DNA of 37,667 bases. Origin: a virus. Both the position numbers and the translations under genes were made by a program. Shown here piece by piece: positions 9,126 to 16,042 of the stretch (its first letter is position 1; the number at the start of each line of letters is the position of its first letter). The notes beneath the pieces were generated by a model. The model saw only the letters and a list, made by a program, of their open reading frames with translations. It searched no databases and was not told the DNA's origin. The stretch lies in UHGV virus genome UHGV-0387565, one strand, 5' to 3'.

Positions 9126-11608
9126 TGGACAGTATTAGAATTGCGATTCTGAGCGCAAATAACACACCAGTAGCATTTATGGACAACGCACACAAAAAGT
9201 CTATGCACTACTGGAAAGACGAATTGCACGAATACTTACAGGGTGCGGCAAATACTTACACCTTTACGGTGTCCGCAAAGCATCAGGATGCAGAGAATGT
9301 TACCGCCGGAAATAAGGTGGCGTTTATACACAAAGGGAAATCCTATTACTTAAATATCGTAAATACGGAGCAAACAGAAGAGACGATCACAGCTACGGCG
9401 TGGTCGTTATCTTTTGAGCTAATCAACGAGGATGCAGGGGAATACAAGGCAGGACAGGCGATGAGTTTTGAAGAGTACCTTGCCATATTTGATGCGGAGA
9501 GAACGCTGAAATTGGGGCTTAACGAGGTATCAGATAAACGGATCGCCAATGAGTGGACAGGCACAACGTCTGTATTAAAGAGGCTATTTTCTCTAGCCAA
9601 CGTATTTTCGGCAGAAATCGAGTTTGAAACGGTTTTAAATAAGGACTACTCCTTAAAAGAGATCGTCCTGAATGTCTACCGAGAACACTCCAACACCAAC
9701 AGCGGAGTCGGAGAATACCGGAATGACATTGTACTGCGGTACGGGAAAGGAATTACCGGAATTCGAAAAACCACAGATGCCGAGAAGCTTTACACCTGTA
9801 TCCAGCCGACCGGGAAAGACGGGCTGACGATCAACGGACTGGACAAAAAAGAATACGATGAGAACGGGAATATCGAGTACTTTACAGACGGCGCAATCAT
9901 CCGGGCACCGCAGGCAAGGGACCGATTCCCGTCCAACATCGTAAACAAGGACGATGCTTATATCATGCTGCGGAAAGAGTACGATACAGACAGCAAGGAC
10001 AAGCTCTATAGCATGGCACTATCTGACCTCAAGACCGCATCCGAGCCAGTGGTAACCTATGAGGTAGACGGGTACTTTGATACTAATATCGGGGACACGG
10101 TGAGGATGCAGGATCAGGAGTGGACACCAGTGCTTTATCTACAGGCGAGAGTGTCCGAACAGGTGCGCAGTCTTACCAATCCAAAGACTGCCAAGACGGT
10201 GTTTAGCAACTACAAGGAGTTGACTTCCGAAATATCCGACGATCTCATTAAGAGGATGGAGGACTTGATCTCAAAAAACAAAGTCTATACCTGTTCCATC
10301 TCTACAAACAACGGCACTATCTTCAAAAACGGGATTGGCAGCACAACGCTGACAGCTTACGCTTACAACAACGGCGCGGATGTGTCAAGTAACCTACAGT
10401 TCCGTTGGAGCAAAGACGGACAGGAGTTTTATGTCGGTAGGAGCGTGACGGTAAATGCATCTGATGTGGATGTAAAAGCAGTGTACTCATTTGAGGCTTT
10501 GGAAAATGGGATAAAACGTGGGTATTACGAGGTCACAGTGACTAAAGTAGAAGATGGAGCACCGGGAGACCCCGGGAAAGACGGCGTAGGAATTGAGAGC
10601 GTGACCAAGTATTATTTGGCGTCTGAAAAAAGCACCGGAATTACAACATCCTCTTCCGGGTGGACAACTGCAATACAGACCATGACGGAAACAAAAAAAT
10701 ACTTATGGAGCTACGAGATAATCGCTTACACAGACGGCGCATCCACCAAGACAACTCCCGTGATTATCGGAGTGCACGGACAAAATGGAGCAGACGGGGA
10801 TTCCGGCATTATCGTGTCTTCAACAGCTCCGGAAAATCCAAAGGTTGGACAGCTCTGGCAGACAGCAAGCGGAGAGCCGATCAAGCGGTGGGATGGAAGT
10901 AGGTGGGTGATCCATTATATCGCAGTCGAGAATCTGGACGTGCAAACGCTCAGTGCAATCGTTGCTAACCTTGGAACTGTAACAGCCGGACTTATTAAGA
11001 GTAAGGATGGACACTTTTACATAAATGTAGACACCGGAGAGATCTACTCTGAAGATGAAAACGGGATAAACAGCTCTGCAATAAGCAAGGGTGTATTTGT
11101 GGCGAATGGGATGAACAGCGGCAGACACACAAGCTTATCTATATTCCCAACGCAGATTGCGCAGTATTTTGACGGAGCCACCATTTTAAACCTTGTTAAT
11201 TTTAAACGGGACGGTATATTTGTTAAAAACTCCGGATCATACGAAATAAACATATCTAAAGCAACAAATTATGACTCCGGAAAGATAAAAGGACCATTCG
11301 CCAGCACAAACTCATCCAACTATATACAGGCGGAGCTAATAAGGAGAGGGTGCGTGGTTACATGTAAAATCACGGCACTTATACAATTTCCAAACACAGG
11401 ATCGCACGGACCGTTTGACGAATTAAGGATCCCTGTAGGATATCGACCAGTCGTAGACATAGTAGAGACGTACAGCGAATTGGTTGGTACGTCAATTATC
11501 GGGACTGGCAGATATTATATTTCAAAAGACGGAGGAATATCCATTGTAACTGGCAAGACAGACTACTGTGAACGCATAAAGACATTTACATGGATTACGG
11601 ATGACTAA
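9125..11608 (+). CDS. tail-associated protein Tal / prophage tail endopeptidase-type baseplate protein (likely receptor-binding region at the C-terminus)
   Basis: 827-aa ORF after Dit with RBS GGGAGG. Short collagen-like Gly-X-Y stretches (GAPGDPGKDGVG, GQNGADGDSG). Order TMP-Dit-Tal. Confidence 0.65.
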   Translation: MDSIRIAILSANNTPVAFMDNAHKKSMHYWKDELHEYLQGAANTYTFTVSAKHQDAENVTAGNKVAFIHKGKSYYLNIVNTEQTEETITATAWSLSFELINEDAGEYKAGQAMSFEEYLAIFDAERTLKLGLNEVSDKRIANEWTGTTSVLKRLFSLANVFSAEIEFETVLNKDYSLKEIVLNVYREHSNTNSGVGEYRNDIVLRYGKGITGIRKTTDAEKLYTCIQPTGKDGLTINGLDKKEYDENGNIEYFTDGAIIRAPQARDRFPSNIVNKDDAYIMLRKEYDTDSKDKLYSMALSDLKTASEPVVTYEVDGYFDTNIGDTVRMQDQEWTPVLYLQARVSEQVRSLTNPKTAKTVFSNYKELTSEISDDLIKRMEDLISKNKVYTCSISTNNGTIFKNGIGSTTLTAYAYNNGADVSSNLQFRWSKDGQEFYVGRSVTVNASDVDVKAVYSFEALENGIKRGYYEVTVTKVEDGAPGDPGKDGVGIESVTKYYLASEKSTGITTSSSGWTTAIQTMTETKKYLWSYEIIAYTDGASTKTTPVIIGVHGQNGADGDSGIIVSSTAPENPKVGQLWQTASGEPIKRWDGSRWVIHYIAVENLDVQTLSAIVANLGTVTAGLIKSKDGHFYINVDTGEIYSEDENGINSSAISKGVFVANGMNSGRHTSLSIFPTQIAQYFDGATILNLVNFKRDGIFVKNSGSYEINISKATNYDSGKIKGPFASTNSSNYIQAELIRRGCVVTCKITALIQFPNTGSHGPFDELRIPVGYRPVVDIVETYSELVGTSIIGTGRYYISKDGGISIVTGKTDYCERIKTFTWITDD

Positions 11609-11632
11609 AGGAGTGAATATGGAGATCAGAGC

Positions 11633-11657
11633 GAGACCGTGAGGGTCTTATTTTTAT
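11633..11657 (+). terminator. putative rho-independent terminator after the tail genes
   Basis: Hairpin gAGACC-gtgag-GGTCTt followed by TATTTTTAT. Confidence 0.4.
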
Positions 11658-11678
11658 ACTTAAAACTGGAGGAAAGAC

Positions 11679-11984
11679 ATGACAGAAATATTGACAGAAA
11701 CCTATAAACTTGCGTTGCCGATAGTACTCACAGCATTTATGGGATACATTGTGTGGCTACTCAAAAATCAGAAGAAGGACAGGGACGCAAATAGTGCAGG
11801 GACAATGCTACTTTTGCGCGTCCAACTTATCGAGTACCACGAAAAATGGACAAAAAGAGGGTATGTTACGAAGCATGGAATTGAGAATTTTATCGAAATG
11901 TATGATGCATACCATAAACTCGGCGGGAATGGAATGGCAACGCAACTATTAGCAGAAGTAAAAGAACTGCCAATAAAAGGATAA
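11679..11984 (+). CDS. membrane protein, possible holin (one N-terminal transmembrane segment)
   Basis: 101-aa protein with hydrophobic segment LALPIVLTAFMGYIVWLL followed by a charged stretch. RBS GGAGGAAAG. Lysis-cassette position. Confidence 0.4.
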   Translation: MTEILTETYKLALPIVLTAFMGYIVWLLKNQKKDRDANSAGTMLLLRVQLIEYHEKWTKRGYVTKHGIENFIEMYDAYHKLGGNGMATQLLAEVKELPIKG

Positions 11985-11997
11985 AGGAGAATGCAGC

Positions 11998-12246
11998 ATG
12001 AAAAAAATTAACTGGATTGTAAGAATTAAAAACAAGGCATTCTGGGTGGCACTGATCCCGGCACTCTTGCTGTTGGTACAGGCTATTGCGGCAGTGTTTG
12101 GATTTGCGATCGATCTCGGAGACCTTGGAGACAAGTTATTGACTGTAATTAATGCGCTCTTTGCAGTTCTGGCAATCCTTGGTGTAGTGGTAGACCCAAC
12201 AACACCGGGAACAGGAGATTCGGAGAGGGCGCTTACATATAAGTAG
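11998..12246 (+). CDS. holin, phi-LC3-like family
   Basis: 82 aa. N-terminus MKKINWIVRIKNKAFWVALIPALLLL plus a second hydrophobic helix and a C-terminal DPTTPGTGDSE tail, matching my recollection of LC3-type holins. RBS AAAGGAGAA. Confidence 0.7.
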   Translation: MKKINWIVRIKNKAFWVALIPALLLLVQAIAAVFGFAIDLGDLGDKLLTVINALFAVLAILGVVVDPTTPGTGDSERALTYK

Positions 12247-12252
12247 ATTCGG

Positions 12253-12281
12253 GAGGGCTTGGAAACAGGCTCTCTTTTATT
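12253..12281 (+). terminator. putative rho-independent terminator downstream of the holin
   Basis: Stem GAGGGCTTG-gaaa-CAGGCTCTC (9 bp with 2 G-U pairs) followed by TTTTATT. Confidence 0.45.
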
Positions 12282-12297
12282 GTGCGACGTCGCACGG
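12279..12297. repeat. palindromic element copy 1 (ATTGTGCGACGTCGCAC, containing the 14-bp perfect palindrome GTGCGACGTCGCAC) placed just 5' of an RBS
   Basis: Seen directly in the sequence. The same 17-mer recurs exactly 300 bp downstream. Confidence 0.8.
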
Positions 12298-12312
12298 AAA
12301 GGAGTTAAAATC

Positions 12313-12579
12313 ATGGGAAGCAAGGAATTTTTAAACATTTGCAAGGCAAAGGTAGCAGATTATTTTAACCAAAACAAGGACAAGACGGACACATCTGGCA
12401 ACATGACTGTGAATGATGTATTTGTAGTTTGGTATTGCAAAACACTGCAAAATCACAAGGCATTGCTTAGTACGCCAGTAAGTGATGGTATGTATTACGA
12501 GATCACTTACAATGGAGATAAAAATGAGATCTATTTTGATGCTTATAAAAAGTGGGAAAACATTAAATTTGATATGTAA
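12313..12579 (+). CDS. hypothetical protein (88 aa) between holin and endolysin
   Basis: RBS GGAAAGGAG lies 8 nt before ATG 12313. Flanked on both sides by the palindromic 17-mer. Confidence 0.55.
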   Translation: MGSKEFLNICKAKVADYFNQNKDKTDTSGNMTVNDVFVVWYCKTLQNHKALLSTPVSDGMYYEITYNGDKNEIYFDAYKKWENIKFDM

Positions 12580-12597
12580 TTGTGCGACGTCGCACAA
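12580..12597. repeat. palindromic element copy 2 (TTGTGCGACGTCGCACAA, 18-bp perfect palindrome) placed just 5' of an RBS
   Basis: Seen directly. Followed by AAGGAGGTG and ATG 12610. Confidence 0.8.
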
Positions 12598-12609
12598 GGA
12601 GGTGAGAAC

Positions 12610-12699
12610 ATGAGCGAACAGAACGAATTTGGTAGAGTATCCGCAGAGGAACTGGAAAAGGCATTTGAGACAGAAGAACAGGAGGAAGAGAAAGAATGA
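12610..12699 (+). CDS. small acidic leader ORF (29 aa) translationally coupled to the endolysin
   Basis: Strong RBS AAGGAGGTG. The stop TGA overlaps the endolysin ATG (ATGA). Confidence 0.25.
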   Translation: MSEQNEFGRVSAEELEKAFETEEQEEEKE

Positions 12700-13499
12700 A
12701 AATTGGCTTAAGGGGAGGACACTCCCCAAATTGTAAAGGTGCAATCGGTCTGATCGATGAGCAGGCAGAAGTACGGAAGATCTACAATGAGCTCGCACCA
12801 ATGTTACAGGCTGTCGGTCATACTGTGGTTGATTGTAATTCCAACGCATCCAATGTGTCTGGTGAGCTGTCTGACGGCACAAATAAGGCGAATAGTGCCG
12901 GGTGCGATATTTACGTAACTTTGCACATGAATGCGGCAGGAGCGGCGTCAGCTGGCGGCACAGAGGTGTGGTTATACGATGCATCTAACCAGACCATGAA
13001 TACGATCGCAAGTAATATCTGCAAAAATTTTGCCGGAAAAGGATTTGCGAATCGTGGAGTTAAATACAGTTCCGGATACCACGATCTGAATGCATCGAAC
13101 ATGCCGGCTATGATCGTGGAGACATTATTCTGCACTGGCACAGGTGATGTGGCCAGATATCGAAATTTAGGTACAAAAGGAATTGCGGAGCTGATTGCAA
13201 AGGCGATTGACAGTAGAACGTCTGCGGAAAATGGACAGGGAAATCAGAATACAAAGACAGACCAGGAAGGAGAAGAAACTATGCAGTGTATGTTTACAGT
13301 GGAAGGAAAAGGATGTGTTTATTGGATGCATGATGGAGTTGTAACACCTTTGGAGCATCCAGACGAAATGAAGATTTTACAGGAGATCTATAAAGCGAAT
13401 TATGGACATGATATGCCAACTTACAAGTGGAGTCCAAACGGACCGTGGTATGTGAGACTGATGGCGCCATTGTATCGGGATCCAGTCAAAACTATCTAA
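12696..13499 (+). CDS. endolysin, N-acetylmuramoyl-L-alanine amidase (Amidase_3 type) with a C-terminal domain of unrecognised type
   Basis: N-terminal motifs MKIGLRGGHS...G..DE and TLHMNA...GTEVW, consistent with zinc-dependent MurNAc-LAA amidases. The last ~75 aa are W/Y-rich with no recognisable LysM/SH3. RBS GGAGGAAG. Confidence 0.85.
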   Translation: MKIGLRGGHSPNCKGAIGLIDEQAEVRKIYNELAPMLQAVGHTVVDCNSNASNVSGELSDGTNKANSAGCDIYVTLHMNAAGAASAGGTEVWLYDASNQTMNTIASNICKNFAGKGFANRGVKYSSGYHDLNASNMPAMIVETLFCTGTGDVARYRNLGTKGIAELIAKAIDSRTSAENGQGNQNTKTDQEGEETMQCMFTVEGKGCVYWMHDGVVTPLEHPDEMKILQEIYKANYGHDMPTYKWSPNGPWYVRLMAPLYRDPVKTI

Positions 13500-13505
13500 T
13501 AAAAT

Positions 13506-13546
13506 CCCCTCGGAGAGCTGATCTCTGAGGGGAATAATATTATTTT
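13506..13546 (+). terminator. rho-independent terminator of the late/lysis operon
   Basis: 11-bp stem CCCCTCGGAGA/TCTCTGAGGGG with loop GCTGA, followed by an AT-rich stretch ending in a short T run (AATAATATTATTTT). Confidence 0.6.
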
Positions 13547-13587
13547 CCATCAAAATGTATTTTTAATAAATTCAATTCAAACCCCTC

Positions 13588-13598
13588 TGTGCTATAAT
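13588..13598 (+). promoter_or_regulatory. putative extended -10 promoter (TGcTATAAT)
   Basis: TGCTATAAT at 13590..13598, about 30 nt upstream of the 13628 ORF. Confidence 0.3.
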
Positions 13599-13627
13599 AT
13601 ATGTAGTCAATGCGAGGGGGGATAATC

Positions 13628-13807
13628 ATGGAATACCAAATCTACGAATCTTACGATACGTTTTTATTATATCAGGAATTTATGGAGATACCCGGAAATA
13701 CATTTGAATTTCGGCTGCCAGAAGGGATGATCCTGACAACCGAAATGATGCACACCTTTCTGCGTGCGGCGTATATGAGTGTTGGACGGATGGAGTTGCC
13801 GTCCTGA
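13628..13807 (+). CDS. small hypothetical protein (59 aa), stand-alone gene between the lysis terminator and the integrase-proximal inverted repeat
   Basis: Strong RBS GAGGGGGG 6 nt before the ATG, with its own -10 element. Acidic F/Y/M-rich product. Confidence 0.45.
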   Translation: MEYQIYESYDTFLLYQEFMEIPGNTFEFRLPEGMILTTEMMHTFLRAAYMSVGRMELPS

Positions 13808-13846
13808 ATATTGTATCATTTTCGTGTATATTTATAATATGTAGAA

Positions 13847-13898
13847 ATATTATAGGTTATTGTTATTTGGTGGCCCGGATTGTAGTAACCTATAATAT
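13847..13898. other. candidate attP for the serine integrase: perfect 13-bp inverted arms ATATTATAGGTTA / TAACCTATAATAT separated by 26 bp
   Basis: Seen directly. Lies 27 bp from the 3' end of the serine recombinase gene. Its ~50-bp size and imperfect internal dyad symmetry are typical of serine-integrase attP sites. Confidence 0.4.
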
Positions 13899-13924
13899 AT
13901 CCGCAAACCCTATAATCAGAGGGT

Positions 13925-15343
13925 TCACGATATGTAAAGATGGAAGATTAGTTTGCCATTTTTCTTGTCATAAACGATATCCTCTACCAAACTCCTCATA
14001 AAAATCCCTTTGGTATCATAGTCTATTGCATCATTTTTAATCACATCATATACAGTTTGCACGTTCTTGAGCACGTCAGATTTTGTTTTCGTATCTTCAT
14101 TATTCTTATTGAGATTTTCCAGTTGCATCAAAATATCTTCCCTGTCTTTTTGCAGACGCTCTTTGTTCCGTTTATATTCTTCCAAAGTATCTACCTCATT
14201 TTCATAGGCAAGACGGATCCGTTTCTCCCTGTTGGAAATTTTATCAAGTTCAGACAAGAGTGATTCACGTTCTGATATCTTCTCGCCGGTCTCAGCGGAG
14301 TGGTAGGAGTATTCAAAATCCATACCAGAAAGAAGTTTTTCAAAATACTCTTCCAGTGCAGCGATCACTTTTTTCTCTGATATCGAACAGGATTCGGTAT
14401 GTATTCCTTTACTGTACTTATAACACTGGAAACCAGGTGAGTGCCTGTTTGCACCATTGTAAGAAAGAGAAGCTCCGCAGTACCCGCATTTTAAAATCCC
14501 TGATAACCAATGTTTACATGAGGATACATCACGGCGTTTCAGTGGCTTATATGTAGTTTGTATCTTTTTCATGCGCTCTTCGAAGCGTTCTTTTGAATAA
14601 TAGACCTCGTGAGTTCCGATAAACGATATACCGTTCCAAACGACAAGACCGTAGTAAAATGGATTTTTCAAGATTCTTTCTACGCTACGGGATTCAAATG
14701 GATTTCCTCGTCTTGTACGTACTCCCATACCATTTAGTTTTCGTGTTATCTTCGTAACATCCGAGTTATGGTAGTCAAATTCATCACAGATAAAGTCTAC
14801 AATCTTCATTTCGTCTTGATCAATTTTATAAGGATCTCCGTTTCCAACAGCGCGATACCCAAAAGGTGGGGACATCTGGTATCCTTTTTTTGTAGCCTTT
14901 TCTTTCATCCCTCTTAGGACTTCGCCAGAAAGCCGGATAGAGTAGTATTCATCCATCCATTCAATGATTCGTTCGATCAGAGAGCCGAATGGACCATCTA
15001 TCAAAGGTTCTGACACACTCACAACATCAACGTTGCTTTGCTTCCGCAGCAGGGATTTGTATACGATAGATTCTTCTTGATTTCTTGCGAATCTGCTGAA
15101 TTTCCAAACCAGAATCACATCAACCGGATGATCGGATGATTTTGCAAGCCCGATCATTTTCTGAAACTCCGGACGCTTGTCTGCTTTTCTTCCGGAAATT
15201 CCTAATTCAAAGAAAACTTTTAAAATGACAATATTGTTTTTAGTAGCATATTCCCGTAATAATTTTTCTTGAGAATCCGGTGAAAGCTCTTCCTGCTTAT
15301 CAGTGGATACGCGAACGTAACCATAGGCATACTTTACGCTCAT
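13925..15343 (-). CDS. int: large serine recombinase (phage integrase)
   Basis: N-terminal resolvase catalytic domain (YGYVRVSTDKQ with catalytic Ser), recombinase domain, Cys-rich zinc-ribbon region (CKHWLSGILKCGYCG...FQCYKY) and C-terminal coiled-coil. RBS GAGGAGATG. Confidence 0.95.
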   Translation of the reverse strand: MSVKYAYGYVRVSTDKQEELSPDSQEKLLREYATKNNIVILKVFFELGISGRKADKRPEFQKMIGLAKSSDHPVDVILVWKFSRFARNQEESIVYKSLLRKQSNVDVVSVSEPLIDGPFGSLIERIIEWMDEYYSIRLSGEVLRGMKEKATKKGYQMSPPFGYRAVGNGDPYKIDQDEMKIVDFICDEFDYHNSDVTKITRKLNGMGVRTRRGNPFESRSVERILKNPFYYGLVVWNGISFIGTHEVYYSKERFEERMKKIQTTYKPLKRRDVSSCKHWLSGILKCGYCGASLSYNGANRHSPGFQCYKYSKGIHTESCSISEKKVIAALEEYFEKLLSGMDFEYSYHSAETGEKISERESLLSELDKISNREKRIRLAYENEVDTLEEYKRNKERLQKDREDILMQLENLNKNNEDTKTKSDVLKNVQTVYDVIKNDAIDYDTKGIFMRSLVEDIVYDKKNGKLIFHLYIS

Positions 15344-15487
15344 AGTAGATCATCTCCTCATTTAATTTATGTAAAAATAAGTACAAAAATAACAGCCAGC
15401 ACATGAACAAATGTTCTGGATTGTGTAGCTGTTCCGAAGATGATACAATATTCTTGGATTTCAATCGCATATCTTCGGATATGTATA

Positions 15488-15526
15488 CCGTCTCAGTGTT
15501 GGTAGCACTGGGGCGGTATTTTATTG
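15488..15526. terminator. hairpin at the 3' end of the lipoprotein gene, possible bidirectional terminator/insulator between the lysogeny operon and int
   Basis: CCGTCTCAGTG-ttggtag-CACTGGGGCGG (11 bp with 2 G-U pairs), followed on the + strand by TATTTTATTG. On the - strand it directly follows the lipoprotein stop. Confidence 0.4.
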
Positions 15527-16012
15527 TCCTAAAGAATCGAGAGAGTTCATTAAGTCTTCCGTACTCATACCGGCAGCGGAAGAAGTGTATGCGTCAGTGA
15601 TCTGCTTTGCGTATTGGGTGTATACGTCAGTTAATTTCAATGACCATTCTTCATAAACACTGTACTCATCCCCATTTTTCTGCATTAGCGTAGCCATTTC
15701 GGAAACTCCCTGATTAGAAATCTCGGCCAGTTTTTCAACCTTGCTATTTGATAATTCAGCAAGTGCATTTAAGTCTCCGGCAATCGGAGCTGCTTCGTTA
15801 TTATATTCTTCCACAAGTCCCGGAGTCGCGTCAGCAATCTTCTGTGTGTAGTCATCAAGTATGCTCTGATATGTCACTTCAACTTCCGGTTCTTTTTCCA
15901 CTTTTTCGGCTTTAGGTTCATTATTTTTTACTGGCTCTTTATCTCCACCGCACGCTGTCATAGATAACGCCATAGTTCCAATCAATAACATGGTTACAAT
16001 TTTCTTTTTCAT
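15521..16012 (-). CDS. secreted lipoprotein (163 aa), candidate superinfection-exclusion-type moron
   Basis: Signal peptide MKKKIVTMLLIGTMALSMTAC with a lipobox Cys, then an acidic helical domain. RBS GGGAGAAG. Sits between int and the repressor operon. Confidence 0.7.
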   Translation of the reverse strand: MKKKIVTMLLIGTMALSMTACGGDKEPVKNNEPKAEKVEKEPEVEVTYQSILDDYTQKIADATPGLVEEYNNEAAPIAGDLNALAELSNSKVEKLAEISNQGVSEMATLMQKNGDEYSVYEEWSLKLTDVYTQYAKQITDAYTSSAAGMSTEDLMNSLDSLGQ

Positions 16013-16042
16013 AATATAGCTTCTCCCGTTTGCGATTTGTTT

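Noticed and set aside
15403-15600. 65-aa + strand ORF between int and the lipoprotein gene
   Set aside because: It overlaps the inverted repeat, the hairpin and the lipoprotein 3' end. It has no RBS and an implausible Cys/Ser-rich composition, so the region is more likely regulatory DNA.
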